NCBI RefSeq assembly: GCF_042091075.1
Contig: NZ_JBELIE010000004.1
Coordinates: forward strand, 1-48,065
Direction of reading: 5' to 3'
DNA from: Sphingomonas sp.
GTDB taxonomy: Bacteria > Pseudomonadota > Alphaproteobacteria > Sphingomonadales > Sphingomonadaceae
Length of the DNA stretch: 48,065 bases
Shown: positions 1 to 11,603 of the stretch, one piece after another
Position numbering within the stretch: position 1 is the stretch's first letter
How the letters are laid out: each line of letters opens with the position of its first letter
Made by a program: the position numbers and the translations under genes
The notes under the pieces: generated by a model
Told to the model about the DNA's origin: nothing
Databases searched by the model: none
Seen by the model: only the letters and a program-made list of their open reading frames with translations

Positions 1-438
1 AACGTCGCCAATCTGGTGCCGCCGTTCGAGACCGGCGGCGGGTTGCACGGCGTATCCGCCGCACTGGAATTCGCGGTCACGGTGCTCAAGATCGATGAGA
101 TCCTGGTGCTCGGCCACGGCGCGTGTGGCGGCATCAAGGCCGCGCTGTCGGGCGACCTGAAAGGCGCGGAGCCTGGCCATGGCGGCTTCGTCGCCAACTG
201 GATCAAACTGCTCGACGACGCGCGCGAAAAGGTCGTTGCCGAACATGGCAAGGGCGAGGAAGGCCAGTCCGCCCTCGAGCAGGAAGGCGTGCGCACGTCG
301 CTTGCCAACCTGATGACGTTCCCGTTCGTGAAGGATCGCGTCGAAGACGGGTCGCTCACGCTGCACGGCGCGGTGTTCGCGATCGCCGACGGCAAGCTGC
401 GCGTGTTGCAGGAGAATGGCACGTTCGAGCCGGCGTGA
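1..438 (+). CDS. Beta-class carbonic anhydrase, 5' end outside the window
   Basis: Frame is open from base 1 (NVANLVPPFE...). Contains AALEFAV and the GHGACGG zinc-ligand motif (HxxC) typical of beta-CAs. Confidence 0.9.
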   Translation, partial: NVANLVPPFETGGGLHGVSAALEFAVTVLKIDEILVLGHGACGGIKAALSGDLKGAEPGHGGFVANWIKLLDDAREKVVAEHGKGEEGQSALEQEGVRTSLANLMTFPFVKDRVEDGSLTLHGAVFAIADGKLRVLQENGTFEPA

Positions 439-445
439 TGAAAGA

Positions 446-477
446 AGGGCGGACCGGCGCACGCGCCGGCCCGCCCT
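446..477 (-). terminator. Probable intrinsic terminator of aspS, possibly bidirectional
   Basis: 15-bp inverted repeat agggcggaccggcgc / gcgccggcccgccct (one G-U pair on the minus strand) followed by TCTTTC on the minus strand, between convergent genes. Confidence 0.7.
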
Positions 478-504
478 GCCTTTACAGGGGCGACGGCGAT
501 ACGA

Positions 505-2304
505 TCAGCCGGCGTCCTTGGGCGTCTCTGCGGTCACCCGAATGTTCAATTCCCGCAACTGCTTCGCGCTGACGAAGCTGGGCGCACCCATCATCAGATC
601 TTCCGCCTTCTGCGTCATCGGGAAGACGATCACCTCGCGGATGTTCGGCTGATCGGCCAGCAGCATGACGATACGGTCGATCCCCGGCGCGGAGCCGCCG
701 TGCGGCGGTGCGCCATATTTGAAGGCGTTGATCATCCCGGCGAAATTCGTGTCGACGTCCTGCTGGCTATAGCCCGCGATCTCGAACGCCTTGTACATGA
801 TCTCCGGACGGTGATTCCGGATGGCGCCCGATGACAGCTCCACACCGTTGCAGACGATGTCATATTGATAGGCCAGAATGTCGAGCGGGTCCTGGTTCTC
901 CAGCGCCGTCAGTTCGCCCTGCGGCATGCTGAACGGATTGTGGCTGAAGTCGATCTTCTTCGACTCCTCGTCATATTCGAACATCGGGAAATCGACGATC
1001 CAGCAGAATTCGAAGCGGCTCTCGTCGATCAGCCCGAGTTGCTCGGCAACGCGGGTACGCGCCAGCCCGGCGAGCTTGGCGGCCTGTGCCTCCTTGCCCG
1101 CGGCAAAGAACAGCCCGTCGTCAGGCCCAAGGCCGAGCGCATCGGCCATCGCCGACATCTTGGCCTCGCCGTGATTCTTCGCGATCGGACCGCCCCATTC
1201 GCCGCCCTTGCGCGTGGCGTAGCCCAGCCCCGCAAAGCCCTCCGACTGCGCCCAGGCGTTCATATCGTCGAAGAACTTGCGGCTCTTGTCCGCGGTGCCC
1301 GGTGCGGGGATCGCGCGCACCACGTCGCCCGCCTCGACGATCGACGCGAACCGGCCAAACCCCGAGCCGATGAAATGCTCGCTGACGTCGCTGATCAGGA
1401 TCGGGTTGCGCAGGTCAGGCTTGTCGTTGCCGTATTTCAGCATCGATTCGCGGTACGGAATGCGCTTGAAGGGCAACGGGGACACGGTCCTGCCCTTGCC
1501 CTGCCAGTCGGCGAATTCCTCGAACACGCCGTGCAGCACCGGCTCGATCGCGGCGAAAACGTCGTCCTGCGTGACGAAACTCATCTCGAAATCGAGCTGG
1601 TAGAATTCACCCGGCGAACGGTCGGCGCGCGCGTCCTCGTCGCGGAAACAGGGCGCGATCTGAAAATAACGGTCGAAGCCGGCGACCATCAGCAGCTGTT
1701 TGAACATCTGCGGCGCCTGCGGCAGCGCATAGAACTTCCCCGGATGGACACGGCTGGGGACCAGATAGTCACGCGCGCCCTCGGGCGAGGAAGCGGTCAG
1801 GATCGGCGTCTGGAATTCGGTGAAGCCCTGGTCGACCATGCGGCGACGGATCGACGCGATCACCGCCGAGCGCAGCATGATATTGGCGTGCAGCTTCTCG
1901 CGCCGCAAATCGAGGAAGCGGTTCCGCAGGCGAATCTCCTCGGGATATTCGGCATCACCAAACACCGGCATCGGCAGTTCGGCGGCAACGCTCTGCACCG
2001 TCGCGGCGCGGGCATAGACCTCGATCTCGCCGGTCGGCAGGTTCGGGTTGATCGTCGCTTCCGAGCGACGCTTCACCTCGCCATCGATCGTCACCACCGA
2101 TTCCACGCGCAGCCCGTCCAGCAACGCCAGCGCCGGCGAATCGCTATCGGCGACGATCTGCGTGATCCCGTAATGATCGCGCAGGTCCACGAACAGCACA
2201 CCGCCGTGATCGCGCTTGCGATGCACCCAGCCCGACAGGCGGACGCCAGTACCCGCGTCGGAGGCGGTGAGCGCGGCGCAATGATGGGTGCGATAGGCGT
2301 GCAT
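505..2304 (-). CDS. aspS: Aspartate--tRNA(Asp/Asn) ligase, probably non-discriminating
   Basis: Start reassigned to MHAYRTHHC (ATG at 2304). Motifs [38 protein letters not shown]. His in RDHGG and Gly in PTGE fit the non-discriminating type. Confidence 0.95.
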   Translation of the reverse strand: MHAYRTHHCAALTASDAGTGVRLSGWVHRKRDHGGVLFVDLRDHYGITQIVADSDSPALALLDGLRVESVVTIDGEVKRRSEATINPNLPTGEIEVYARAATVQSVAAELPMPVFGDAEYPEEIRLRNRFLDLRREKLHANIMLRSAVIASIRRRMVDQGFTEFQTPILTASSPEGARDYLVPSRVHPGKFYALPQAPQMFKQLLMVAGFDRYFQIAPCFRDEDARADRSPGEFYQLDFEMSFVTQDDVFAAIEPVLHGVFEEFADWQGKGRTVSPLPFKRIPYRESMLKYGNDKPDLRNPILISDVSEHFIGSGFGRFASIVEAGDVVRAIPAPGTADKSRKFFDDMNAWAQSEGFAGLGYATRKGGEWGGPIAKNHGEAKMSAMADALGLGPDDGLFFAAGKEAQAAKLAGLARTRVAEQLGLIDESRFEFCWIVDFPMFEYDEESKKIDFSHNPFSMPQGELTALENQDPLDILAYQYDIVCNGVELSSGAIRNHRPEIMYKAFEIAGYSQQDVDTNFAGMINAFKYGAPPHGGSAPGIDRIVMLLADQPNIREVIVFPMTQKAEDLMMGAPSFVSAKQLRELNIRVTAETPKDAG

Positions 2305-2321
2305 GGATCTTCTCTGTGTTT

Positions 2322-2401
2322 CGTCACCCCGGCGAAGGCTGGGGTCTGGGGGGTAACGCGCCCGCTGGGTATTTGTGACCCCTGTTTTCGGTGGGGTGAC
2401 G
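2322..2401. repeat. Bipartite REP-like palindromic element
   Basis: Arms cgtcaccccggcgaaggctggggtc (2322-2346) and gacccctgttttcggtggggtgacg (2377-2401) are reverse complements at 20/25 positions. Each arm is itself a hairpin. Confidence 0.75.
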
Positions 2402-2443
2402 GCCCCGGGGGCGATAGCGCGCCCTCCCCTGTCCGAACCCTCT

Positions 2444-2472
2444 TTGTCAACCCGCCCGCGCCGGTATAAGGG
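2444..2472 (+). promoter_or_regulatory. Putative sigma70 promoter of rnd
   Basis: TTGTCA-N17-TAAGGG, 9 nt before the ATG at 2482. Confidence 0.45.
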
Positions 2473-2481
2473 CGGAACCTT

Positions 2482-3660
2482 ATGCACGTTCACCCCCTCA
2501 TCACCGACAGCGCCACCCTCGCCAATCTGTGTGCGCGCCTCGCCGACGCGCCCTTTGTGACGGTCGACACCGAATTCATGCGCGAAAGCACCTATTATCC
2601 GGAGCTTTGCCTGATCCAGATCGCCGACACCGAGGAAGCCGCGGCGATCGATCCCATGGCTCCCGATCTGGACCTGTCTCCGTTGCTGTCGCTGCTGGTC
2701 GACAATGAGGATGTGCTGAAGGTCTTTCATGCCGGCGGGCAGGATCTAGAGATCATCTACAATCTGACTGGCAAGACCCCCCACCCGCTGTTCGATACGC
2801 AGGTGGCGGCGATGGCGCTCGGACAGGGCGAGCAGATCGGTTACTCCAATCTGGTCGACAGCTGGCTGGGCATCCAGATCGACAAGGGCGCGCGCTTCAC
2901 CGACTGGTCGCGCCGGCCGCTGGACCAGCGACAGGTCGATTATGCGATCGGCGACGTCACCCATCTGTCGCGCATTTTCCCCAAGATGCTCGAAAGGCTG
3001 AAAAAAACCGGGCGCGGCGCGTGGCTCGACCAGGAAATGGAGCGGCTGGGCGATCCCGCCAATTACGCCAATGATCCCGATAGCGCGTGGAAGCGCGTGC
3101 GCATCGCCAGCCGGAAGGCGGACGTTCTCGGGCGACTGAAGGCGATCGCGCGCTGGCGTGAACTGGAGGCGCAGGCGAAGGATCTGCCGCGCGGACGGAT
3201 CGTCAAGGACGAAACGATCGCGGATCTCGCCGGGCATCCGCCGCGCAAGCAGGCCGATCTCGCCAAGGTCCGCGGCCTGTCCCAAACCTGGGCGGGGAAC
3301 GACATCGGCGCGCGGCTGATGGCGGCGATCGAGGCGGCGAAGCCGTTGCCGGACGAGGAACTGCCGCCGCGCGACGATCGCAAGCCGGGACTGGGCAAGG
3401 AAGGCGCACTGGTCGCCGATCTGCTGAAATTGCTGCTCAAGATCCGCGCGCGCGACATCGATGTCGCGCCACGCCTGCTGGCACGCGGCGACGAGCTGGA
3501 GTTGCTCGCGGCGGGCCAGCGACAGGGGTTGCAGATCCTGGAAGGCTGGCGTTTCGATCAGTTTGGGCATGATGCGCTCGACCTCGTCGAGGGTCGGCTC
3601 GGCTTCGCGGTGCAGAACGGCCGGCTGAAGATGACCCGCGCCGAGGAAAACGCCGCGTGA
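2482..3660 (+). CDS. rnd: Ribonuclease D
   Basis: [19 protein letters not shown] (ExoI), [31 protein letters not shown] and a C-terminal HRDC-like region. Confidence 0.93.
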   Translation: MHVHPLITDSATLANLCARLADAPFVTVDTEFMRESTYYPELCLIQIADTEEAAAIDPMAPDLDLSPLLSLLVDNEDVLKVFHAGGQDLEIIYNLTGKTPHPLFDTQVAAMALGQGEQIGYSNLVDSWLGIQIDKGARFTDWSRRPLDQRQVDYAIGDVTHLSRIFPKMLERLKKTGRGAWLDQEMERLGDPANYANDPDSAWKRVRIASRKADVLGRLKAIARWRELEAQAKDLPRGRIVKDETIADLAGHPPRKQADLAKVRGLSQTWAGNDIGARLMAAIEAAKPLPDEELPPRDDRKPGLGKEGALVADLLKLLLKIRARDIDVAPRLLARGDELELLAAGQRQGLQILEGWRFDQFGHDALDLVEGRLGFAVQNGRLKMTRAEENAA

Positions 3661-3941
3661 TGCGTGTCGCGCCGTTGCTGGCGTTGCTGGGCGCCGCTTG
3701 TGCGCCGATCGCCGCTGGACCTGCCGGAACATCATCGGCAGCGCGATGCGATGCCGATCGCGCGCAATCACTGGTCGGGCAACCCGCGAGCAACAACAGC
3801 GGCGAGGCGAAGCGCCTGAGCCGCGCGGCGACCATCCGGCAATATGTGACGGGCTCGCCGGTGACGATGGACTATCGCGCGGACCGGCTGAATATCGAAA
3901 CCGACGCCAGAGGGATGATCGTCAAGCTGAGCTGCGGTTGA
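3657..3941 (+). CDS. Peptidase inhibitor I78 family lipoprotein
   Basis: Lipobox LLGAAC, then CDA..AQSLVGQ, PVTMDYRADRLNI and terminal SCG. Overlaps the rnd stop (GTGA); alternative ATG at 3660. Confidence 0.8.
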   Translation: MMRVAPLLALLGAACAPIAAGPAGTSSAARCDADRAQSLVGQPASNNSGEAKRLSRAATIRQYVTGSPVTMDYRADRLNIETDARGMIVKLSCG

Positions 3942-3968
3942 AGCGCTGGCCGGGGCGAACACGCCGCC

Positions 3969-5459
3969 TCACCCCAGCGCAGCGCTCAATCCCATCTGCA
4001 TCGCCAGTAATCGATGCCGCTTCTGTACCGCTTCACCATACAGGCCCGCGTCACCGGGCGCGAGGTGAAGACGCAGCGCCTCGCCGTCGATCGCCAGCGA
4101 AGAGCGTTGCAGCGGCCCGGCGATCCCACCGCTCAACCGCTGCCCCAGCCGGATCGCCAGACCCCATTGCATCGCACGCCGCAGCGCCGCCTCACCCGCC
4201 AGTCCGGTCAACGGCGGCGGGCTGCTGAGCGCGCCGCCAAGGCTGGTCCACAGAGCCTGCGCCAGCAATGCGCGACCGCGCCCGTCGATGCCGACCCAAT
4301 TGCCGTGCAGCGCCACCTCCAGCCCGCGCTCGGCGCGGAACTCGGGATTGGCGCGCCAGCCCACATCGGCCAGCAGGCACGCCGCGACGCGCACCCGCGC
4401 GTCACCAGCCCGATCCGCGAAAAGCGGCGCGATCCAGCGATCGAGCAGGTCGCCATGTTCCGGGAACCGGCCGCTACGCCGCCCCTCGTCGCGCGCGGCG
4501 GCGATCAGCGGATCCTGTGCACGTTCCTCCGGTGACAGCGCGCCGAACAGCAGCCCCTCGCGCAACCCGAAGGCGGAGACGATCGTGCCCGTACTGCGAA
4601 GGTGCTTCAGCAGCACCGAAAGCAGCGCCGCCGCGTCACCCAAAGTCGGGATACGACCGCTCGACAGGCCAACGACCGCCTTCAGCCGCGCCTTGCCCAC
4701 GTGCGACAATGTCCGCCGCAGCCGCGCGATCGTGGCGGGCGACATCGCATATTGGTGGATCACCGGCAGCGGGTAGCGCGTCACGTCCATATCGAGCCGC
4801 GCCAGCCCGCGCCACGAGCCGCCGACCAGATACAGCGGCAATCCGCGCCCCGCCCCGATCCAGCCGGTCGCCGCAAGCGCTTGCTCCACCGCCCGGTCGA
4901 GGCGTCCCGCATCCCGCAGCGCGGCGATGCGCAGCACCCCGAACGGGAAAGACGCGCACGCATGCACCGCCCCGTCCTTCACCCGCACCAGTTCCAGCGA
5001 TCCGCCGCCCAGATCGCCGACGATTCCGTCCGCATCGGGAATACCGGACAGCACCCCCATGCCGGCGGCGATCGCTTCCTGCTCACCGGGCAGGATCTCG
5101 ACCCGCAGGCCGGCCCGCTCCGCGATCGCGATCAGTTCCGCGCCGTTGCTGGCATCGCGCACCGCGGCGGTGGCGACGGTACGCAGATCGTCCACCTCCA
5201 TCTCGCGCGCCAGCGTGGCGAAGCGGACGAGCGCGGTGCGCGCCATCGCCATCGCGGCGTCGTCGATCGTCCCCGACGCGGCCAGGCTGCTGCCCAGCCC
5301 GGCCAGCACCTTTTCGTTGAACAGGATCGCGGGCAGCCGCCGTGGTCCCTGATACACGACCAGCCGGATCGAGTTCGATCCGATGTCGATGATCGCGGTG
5401 CGCGGATCGGTCACGGGCATATCCACCGCTCGGGCACGGCGCAGCGGCAACAACGTCAC
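3969..5459 (-). CDS. ppx: Ppx/GppA family exopolyphosphatase
   Basis: [39 protein letters not shown] start overlaps the ppk1 stop; alternative ATG at 5420. Confidence 0.92.
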   Translation of the reverse strand: MTLLPLRRARAVDMPVTDPRTAIIDIGSNSIRLVVYQGPRRLPAILFNEKVLAGLGSSLAASGTIDDAAMAMARTALVRFATLAREMEVDDLRTVATAAVRDASNGAELIAIAERAGLRVEILPGEQEAIAAGMGVLSGIPDADGIVGDLGGGSLELVRVKDGAVHACASFPFGVLRIAALRDAGRLDRAVEQALAATGWIGAGRGLPLYLVGGSWRGLARLDMDVTRYPLPVIHQYAMSPATIARLRRTLSHVGKARLKAVVGLSSGRIPTLGDAAALLSVLLKHLRSTGTIVSAFGLREGLLFGALSPEERAQDPLIAAARDEGRRSGRFPEHGDLLDRWIAPLFADRAGDARVRVAACLLADVGWRANPEFRAERGLEVALHGNWVGIDGRGRALLAQALWTSLGGALSSPPPLTGLAGEAALRRAMQWGLAIRLGQRLSGGIAGPLQRSSLAIDGEALRLHLAPGDAGLYGEAVQKRHRLLAMQMGLSAALG

Positions 5460-7642
5460 TGCTGGCTACGGCGCAGCGACAGGACCGGCACTTCGCCGCC
5501 GGCCTCCAACGCGGCCCCACGCCCCGACAGCGAGGGATTGACCATGAAATAGCGGTGCAGGTTGAAGCCTTTGCTATCGCCGGGCGTGGTGCGGACATAG
5601 CTTCCGTCGGGTTCCAGCTCCCAGCTCTGCTCATTGTCGATCAGGTTGGCGACCATCACCTGATCGAGGATCTGGTCGTGAACGGTCTCGTTCGTGATCG
5701 GCAGCATATATTCGACCCGCCGGTCGAAATTGCGCGGCATCCAGTCCGCCGAGGAGATATAGACGATCGCGTCGTCGTTCGGCAGCGCCGCGCCATTGCC
5801 GAACACCGCGATCCGGCTGTGCTCCAGGAAACGCCCGACCACCGATTTGACGCGGATATTATCCGACAGGCCCGGCACGCGCGGTTTCAGGCAGCAGATG
5901 CCACGCACGATCAGATCGATTTCCACCCCGGCGTTGCTGGCATCGTACAATTTCTCGATGATCATGGGATCGACAAGCGAATTCATCTTCGCCCAGATCG
6001 CGGCGGGGTGCCCGGCGCGCGCATGGGCGATCTCGTCATCGATGCACGCCATCAGCTTCTTGCGCAGCGAGCGCGGGCTGAGCACGACCTGCTCCATATC
6101 CGCAGGCTCCACATAGCCGGTGATATAGTTGAACATCCGCGCGGCATCGCGCCCGACCGCCGGATTGGCGGTGAAGAAGCTGAGATCGGTATAGATCCGG
6201 GCGGTCACCGGGTGATAATTGCCGGTGCCGAAGTGGCAATAGGTGCGGAACCCGCCGCCCTCGCGCCGCACCACCATCGCCACCTTGGCATGCGTCTTCC
6301 AGTCGATGAAGCCGTACACCACCTGCACCCCGGCGCGCTCCAGCGCGCTCGCCCATTGCAGGTTCTGCTCCTCGTCGAAGCGCGCCTTCAGCTCCACGAC
6401 GGCGGTCACCGCCTTGCCGTTTTCGGCCGCGGCGATCAGCGCGCTGATGACCGCCGATTGCTTGCCCGCGCGATACAGCGTCTGCTTGATCGCGACGACA
6501 TCGGGATCGTTCGCCGCCTGTTTCAGGAAAGCGAGCACCACATCGAACGTCTCATAGGGATGGTGGACGACGATGTCCTTGGATCGGATCGCCGCAAAGC
6601 AATCGCCACCAAATTCGCGAATCCGTTCCGGGAAACGCGGCGTGAAGGGGACGAATTTCAGGTCCGGCCGATCCTCATCGGCCAGCAGCGCCAGATCGCC
6701 GATGCCGAGGAAGGAGCCGCTTTCGGTGACGATCGCATCCGCCCCACCCAGTTCGCCGCGCAGCACCGATGCCAGCGTCTCCGCCATGCCGGTTTCGAGT
6801 TCCAGCCGGATCACGCGCCCGCGCCGCCGCCGCTTGATCGCATTGGCGAAGTAGCGGACGAGGTCCTCCGCCTCTTCCTCGATCTCGATATCGCTATCGC
6901 GCAGCACGCGGAATTCGGCCGCGCCGACCACGTCATAACCGGGGAACAGCGCGCCAGAAAAACGCTTCAGGATCGATTCGATCGCGATGTAACGTGCGGG
7001 GTCGCCCGGCAGGCGCACGAACCTGGGGATCGCCGCGGGCAGCATCACAAGCTCGCGAATCGGCTCCTGGTCTGACCGGCGGATCAGATCGAACATCACC
7101 GCCATGCCCTTGTTCGGCATGAACGGGAACGGATGCGCGGGATCGAGCGCCTGTGGCGTCAGGACCGGGAAAAGCTGTTCGTGGAAATGCGTTTCCAGCC
7201 ACCGGCGCTGCTCCGTATCCAGCGCCGCGTCGATCGCACGGTGGCTCAACACCGAAATGCCCGCCTCCGCCAGCTCATGCCGGATATCGCGCCATACCGA
7301 CTGCTGGCTGTCCATCAGTGCGTCCGCCTCGGCGACGATGCCGGCAAGCTGCTGCCCCGGCGTCAATCCGTCGGCCGAGCGCGCGTCGACGTCGAGCGTC
7401 TGCTGCCCCTTCAGGCCGGCGACGCGCACCATGAAGAATTCGTCGAGGTTGCCGCCCGAGATCGCGAGGAAGCGCAACCGCTCCAGCAACGGATGCGCGG
7501 GATTGCACGCCTCCTCCAGCACGCGGCGGTTGAACGCCAGCCACGACAGCTCGCGGTTGAAATAGCGACCGCCGTCGCGATCCTGGAAGGGATCCAGCGC
7601 GTCGTCGGCGTCGAGGCGCGCCATCTTCGGCGTTCGGGTCAT
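5456..7642 (-). CDS. ppk1: Polyphosphate kinase 1
   Basis: [40 protein letters not shown] (phospho-His), [16 protein letters not shown]. Confidence 0.96.
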   Translation of the reverse strand: MTRTPKMARLDADDALDPFQDRDGGRYFNRELSWLAFNRRVLEEACNPAHPLLERLRFLAISGGNLDEFFMVRVAGLKGQQTLDVDARSADGLTPGQQLAGIVAEADALMDSQQSVWRDIRHELAEAGISVLSHRAIDAALDTEQRRWLETHFHEQLFPVLTPQALDPAHPFPFMPNKGMAVMFDLIRRSDQEPIRELVMLPAAIPRFVRLPGDPARYIAIESILKRFSGALFPGYDVVGAAEFRVLRDSDIEIEEEAEDLVRYFANAIKRRRRGRVIRLELETGMAETLASVLRGELGGADAIVTESGSFLGIGDLALLADEDRPDLKFVPFTPRFPERIREFGGDCFAAIRSKDIVVHHPYETFDVVLAFLKQAANDPDVVAIKQTLYRAGKQSAVISALIAAAENGKAVTAVVELKARFDEEQNLQWASALERAGVQVVYGFIDWKTHAKVAMVVRREGGGFRTYCHFGTGNYHPVTARIYTDLSFFTANPAVGRDAARMFNYITGYVEPADMEQVVLSPRSLRKKLMACIDDEIAHARAGHPAAIWAKMNSLVDPMIIEKLYDASNAGVEIDLIVRGICCLKPRVPGLSDNIRVKSVVGRFLEHSRIAVFGNGAALPNDDAIVYISSADWMPRNFDRRVEYMLPITNETVHDQILDQVMVANLIDNEQSWELEPDGSYVRTTPGDSKGFNLHRYFMVNPSLSGRGAALEAGGEVPVLSLRRSQQ

Positions 7643-8277
7643 GGGTTCCTTTCGCGTTGGTCGATCAACGTCGCGTGATCATCAGGAGTTTCGCCCGTCA
7701 AGGTCTCCCGCGCCAGCGGGATCGACAGGCGGCGCCGGCCAGCCAACGCCGCCTGGTCAAGTCTATCGATCGTCGCGATGACAGCGGCATGACTCCGCTC
7801 CGCCCGCGCGACCAGCCAGGCGATCAATTCCGGCCGGGCGTCAAGACCCCGGCGTGCGAAGCCATGCTCGAACAGCGCGGTCATCAACGCATCGTCGGGT
7901 GGTCCGATCCGCGCCGATGGGCTCGCCATCAGCCGCGAGCGCAGGTCGGGCAGTGTCACCGCCCAGGCGGGCGGAACCTCGTCCGCGATCAGCAGCAGCG
8001 GCGCAGCGCGCTCCTGCGCGGCGTTCCATGCGTGAAACAGCGTCGCCTCGGGCAACGTCGCGGCATCGTCGATCACCGTCGCCTGCGCGCGAGTCGCGAA
8101 AATGCGCCCCAGCAGACTGCGCCCCGAACGGGCTGGTCCGGCGAGGATGGCGGTACGCACCGGCCAGGTGGCCCAGCGATCGAGCATCGCCACCGCCGCG
8201 CTGTTCGACGGGGTGACGAGGAATTCGGCGTCGCGCGCGTCGGCGGCCCACGCCAGCGGCAGCGCGATCTGGGTCAT
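7639..8277 (-). CDS. hdaA: HdaA/Hda-like DnaA regulatory inactivator
   Basis: N-terminal clamp-binding-like QIALPL, FLVTPSN, degenerate Walker [16 protein letters not shown], and the conserved position near purM. Confidence 0.8.
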   Translation of the reverse strand: MTQIALPLAWAADARDAEFLVTPSNSAAVAMLDRWATWPVRTAILAGPARSGRSLLGRIFATRAQATVIDDAATLPEATLFHAWNAAQERAAPLLLIADEVPPAWAVTLPDLRSRLMASPSARIGPPDDALMTALFEHGFARRGLDARPELIAWLVARAERSHAAVIATIDRLDQAALAGRRRLSIPLARETLTGETPDDHATLIDQRERNP

Positions 8278-9515
8278 CCCGTCGGCACTCCTGCCGGACG
8301 CGGCTCGGCAACGGGTGCGCGACGGATGCGGATCGTCGTGCCGTCACCGAACACCTGCCAGCCGCGCGCTTCCAGCGCGGCGCGGAACGCCTCGGGCGGG
8401 CCGGCATAGCCCACGCTCATCAATGATACGCCGCCCAGCGCCAGACTGGTCGTCGTCGCATTGCTTACCCCCGGCACGCCACGCAATGCACCCTCAATAC
8501 TGGTCACCGCGCCCACGTCAGGCGTGTCATATTGCACCGTGATCGTACTGCCGATCACCGGCGTGGCCGACAGATCATCGATCAGATCGCCGACATCGTC
8601 GGTGGGCACGGGCTCGGCGATCGGCATGATCGGATTGAGCCCCGTATCGGCGACCAGATACCCGCCACGCAGCCCGTCCTGATAGGCGGCATCGATCCGC
8701 TTGACCGCCTCGTCGAACAGCGCGGGAATGCCAGATGCGTTGCTGACGCGTAGCGTGAAGCTGCGCAGCAGGCGATTGTCGGGGCCATAGCGCGCCTCGA
8801 ACACGCCGATCACCGGGCCGCCGGGCCATTGCCGGTGGAGTCGCACCGTCGGCGTCAGAACGTCGCTGCCGCCATATTGATCGATGATCGCACGCCACCA
8901 TGCCCGATCGGGGCGCTGGGTCTGGCCGACGTTGAGCAGCAGCGAGTCGGGACCGGTGCCACTCGGACGGATATAATCGATCGTGCTGTTGCCGGTACGG
9001 TAGCGCGCCCACGCCTCCTGCCACAGGGTACGCTGTTCGAACACGGTGCCGACCCCGGTGGAATATTGCACCGGCAGCACCACGAACGGCGGCGAACGCG
9101 ACACGAAGCTGGACACACCGAGCAACGCCGAGGTGCGCGCGCGATCGAACAACACGCCCAGCCGAGCGACATAGCGGGTCGGCCCGATCTGTTCCCCTTC
9201 GATCACGATCGACGACACGATCGAATCCAGCGTTCCGTCCGAAACCCCCGCCCCGCCCGCGCCAAGCCGCTGAGACAGCTGGACGAACGCCTTGCGCTGC
9301 GCCTCGCGCCAGCCCGCCAGCCGCGCCGCATCGGCATTGGCGCCGATGGTATCGACACTGATTCCGGCAACCTCGAAATCGTTCGAGCTGTCGACCGCGG
9401 CGACGCCCCGGTCACCACCCTCGATCTGCGCGATCACGGCGGCGGTGCCGAGCGCGGCGACCAGTACGGCGGCCATGGCCCCGGCGAACGGAAGGATCGG
9501 AAGACGGCGACGCAT
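8274..9515 (-). CDS. Exported DUF2066-like protein with a C-terminal ferredoxin/HMA-like domain
   Basis: Start reassigned to MRRRLPILPF. Hydrophobic signal/TM segment, ADAARLAG..EAQRKAF..L..RL and EQIGPTRYVARLGVLFD, and a position divergent from purM. The family call is tentative. Confidence 0.55.
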   Translation of the reverse strand: MRRRLPILPFAGAMAAVLVAALGTAAVIAQIEGGDRGVAAVDSSNDFEVAGISVDTIGANADAARLAGWREAQRKAFVQLSQRLGAGGAGVSDGTLDSIVSSIVIEGEQIGPTRYVARLGVLFDRARTSALLGVSSFVSRSPPFVVLPVQYSTGVGTVFEQRTLWQEAWARYRTGNSTIDYIRPSGTGPDSLLLNVGQTQRPDRAWWRAIIDQYGGSDVLTPTVRLHRQWPGGPVIGVFEARYGPDNRLLRSFTLRVSNASGIPALFDEAVKRIDAAYQDGLRGGYLVADTGLNPIMPIAEPVPTDDVGDLIDDLSATPVIGSTITVQYDTPDVGAVTSIEGALRGVPGVSNATTTSLALGGVSLMSVGYAGPPEAFRAALEARGWQVFGDGTTIRIRRAPVAEPRPAGVPTG

Positions 9516-9542
9516 GTCGCGCGTCTTTTGACGAACCAGACG

Positions 9543-9571
9543 TGGAAATCCAAGCACGATATGGCTAACCG
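9543..9571 (+). promoter_or_regulatory. Putative promoter of purM, leaderless geometry
   Basis: TGGAAA-N17-TAACCG-N6-ATG, with no Shine-Dalgarno sequence. Confidence 0.4.
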
Positions 9572-9577
9572 GCGCTG

Positions 9578-10681
9578 ATGAGCACCGATGGACGCAACGA
9601 ACCCTACACCTATGAGAGCGCCGGCGTGTCGATCGCGGCGGGCAATGCGCTCGTCCGCGCGATCGCGCCGCTGGCGCGGGCAACCCGTCGCGCGGGCGCC
9701 GATGCCGATCTGGGCGGGTTCGGCGGCTTTTTCGATCTGAAGGCGGCGGGCTTCTCCGATCCGTTGCTGGTGGCGGCGAACGACGGCGTGGGCACCAAGC
9801 TGAAGCTGGCGATCGAATGGGATCGTCATGCCGGGGTGGGCATCGATCTGGTCGCGATGTGCGCCAACGATCTGATCGTGCAAGGCGCCGAACCGCTGTT
9901 CTTCCTCGATTATTACGCGACCGGGAAGCTCGACAACGCGATCGCGGAGAGCGTCGTCGCCTCGATCGCGGAAGGCTGTCGCGCCGCCGGTTGTGCGTTG
10001 ATCGGTGGCGAGACCGCGGAGATGCCGGGCATGTACGCCGACGGCGACTACGATCTCGCGGGCTTCTGCGTCGGCGCGGTCGAGCGCGGCGACGTGCTGA
10101 CGGGCGCCACGATCGCGGCGGGGGATGTGATCCTGGGTCTGGCGTCGTCGGGCGTCCACTCCAACGGCTTCTCGCTCGTGCGTCGGCTCGCCGCCGACAA
10201 GGGCTGGAAGCTCGATCGCCCGGCGCTGTTCGATCCTGATACGCTGCTGATCGATCATCTGATGGCGCCGACCCGCATCTATGTCGCGGCGCTGTTGCCG
10301 TTGCTGAAGGCGCATCGCATCAAGGGCCTGGCGCATATCACCGGGGGCGGATTGCTGGAGAATATTCCGCGCGTGCTACCGGCTGGCGCGCATGCGGTCA
10401 TCGACGCGGACGCATGGCCGCAACCGCGATTGATGGCCTTCCTCCAGGCGCAGGGCGGGATCGAGCCGGAGGAGATGGCGCGCACCTTCAACTGCGGCAT
10501 CGGCATGGCGGTGGTGGTCGCGGCGGACGAGGCCGAGGCGGTCGCGGCGGCCCTGACCGACGCTGGCGAGACGGTTCACCGGATCGGTCGTGTCTACGCT
10601 GGCGCACGCGGTTGCACCGTAACCGGCGGCGACGAGACATGGAGCGCGCGCGGCGGCTGGACCGCGACGCATACCGCATGA
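9578..10681 (+). CDS. purM: Phosphoribosylformylglycinamidine cyclo-ligase (AIR synthase)
   Basis: [56 protein letters not shown]. Confidence 0.97.
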   Translation: MSTDGRNEPYTYESAGVSIAAGNALVRAIAPLARATRRAGADADLGGFGGFFDLKAAGFSDPLLVAANDGVGTKLKLAIEWDRHAGVGIDLVAMCANDLIVQGAEPLFFLDYYATGKLDNAIAESVVASIAEGCRAAGCALIGGETAEMPGMYADGDYDLAGFCVGAVERGDVLTGATIAAGDVILGLASSGVHSNGFSLVRRLAADKGWKLDRPALFDPDTLLIDHLMAPTRIYVAALLPLLKAHRIKGLAHITGGGLLENIPRVLPAGAHAVIDADAWPQPRLMAFLQAQGGIEPEEMARTFNCGIGMAVVVAADEAEAVAAALTDAGETVHRIGRVYAGARGCTVTGGDETWSARGGWTATHTA

Positions 10682-11244
10682 GCGCCGCGCCAGCACGGGT
10701 CGCGGTGCTGATTTCCGGCCGTGGATCGAACATGCAGTCGCTCGTCGCTCGGCAGGGCGATGCCTATCGCATCGTGCTGGTCGCCTCCGACAAGCCCGAA
10801 GCGGCGGGGCTGGCCTGGGCGCGCGATCAGGGGCTCACCACCTTCGCGCTGTCGCCGCGCGGGATCGGAAAACCCGCCTATGAGGCCGCGATCGACGCGG
10901 CGCTGCGCGACGCTGGTGCGGAGTGGATCGCGCTCGCGGGCTATATGCGGTTGCTGTCGGACGAATTCGTCGCGCAATGGCGCGGGCGTATCGTCAACAT
11001 CCATCCCTCGCTGCTGCCCCGCTACAAGGGTCTCGACACCCATGCCCGCGCGATCGCGGCCGGCGATGCGTCGGCGGGCTGCTCGGTGCATCTGGTCACC
11101 GAGGAGCTTGATGGCGGCGAGGTTCTGGGACAGGCGGAAGTGCCGATCCTTCCCGACGACACCGCCGACACGCTGGCCGCCCGCGTGTTGGCTGAGGAAC
11201 ACCGCCTCTATCCCGCCGTTTTGGCGGAGGTGGTGAGACGATGA
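10678..11244 (+). CDS. purN: Phosphoribosylglycinamide formyltransferase
   Basis: [38 protein letters not shown] overlap with purM gives a start at 10678. Confidence 0.96.
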   Translation: MSAAPARVAVLISGRGSNMQSLVARQGDAYRIVLVASDKPEAAGLAWARDQGLTTFALSPRGIGKPAYEAAIDAALRDAGAEWIALAGYMRLLSDEFVAQWRGRIVNIHPSLLPRYKGLDTHARAIAAGDASAGCSVHLVTEELDGGEVLGQAEVPILPDDTADTLAARVLAEEHRLYPAVLAEVVRR

Positions 11245-11603
11245 CCGATCAACTCGAACGGATACGCGCGATCGCGCTGCTGCTCCCCGAAGCGGAGGAG
11301 CGGGTGAGCCACGGCCAGCCCACGTTCTTCGTCGCCGGTCGGCAGTTCGCGCAATTGCGTGACAATCATCACGGCGATGGCCTGATCGTCGTGTGCGTCC
11401 GCACCAGCGGCGAAGACGAACAGGCGATGCTGCTGGAAGCGGCCCCCGATACCTATCGCAGACCCGCCTATCTCGGCCCGCAGGGCTGGGTCAGCGTCAA
11501 CCTGGCCGGGGAGGATGTCGACTGGGCGCTGGTCGAGGATCGCATCGCGCGCAGCTGGGAACTGGCCGCCCCGCGGCGCTTGCTGGAAGCCGGCGGGCGA
11601 TGA
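11241..11603 (+). CDS. MmcQ/YjbR family protein
   Basis: LPEAEERVSHGQPTFFV, DNHHGDG, PAYLGPQGWVSV, SWELAAPRRL. ATGA overlap with purN. Confidence 0.8.
   Translation: MTDQLERIRAIALLLPEAEERVSHGQPTFFVAGRQFAQLRDNHHGDGLIVVCVRTSGEDEQAMLLEAAPDTYRRPAYLGPQGWVSVNLAGEDVDWALVEDRIARSWELAAPRRLLEAGGR

Noticed and set aside
2305-2730. 142-aa N-terminal extension of AspS in the ORF track
   Set aside because: It runs antisense through rnd and the repeat. AspRS homology starts at MHAYRT (2304).
3001-3007. A7 homopolymer in rnd
   Set aside because: It is in frame (Lys-Lys-Thr) and too short to support slippage or a programmed frameshift.
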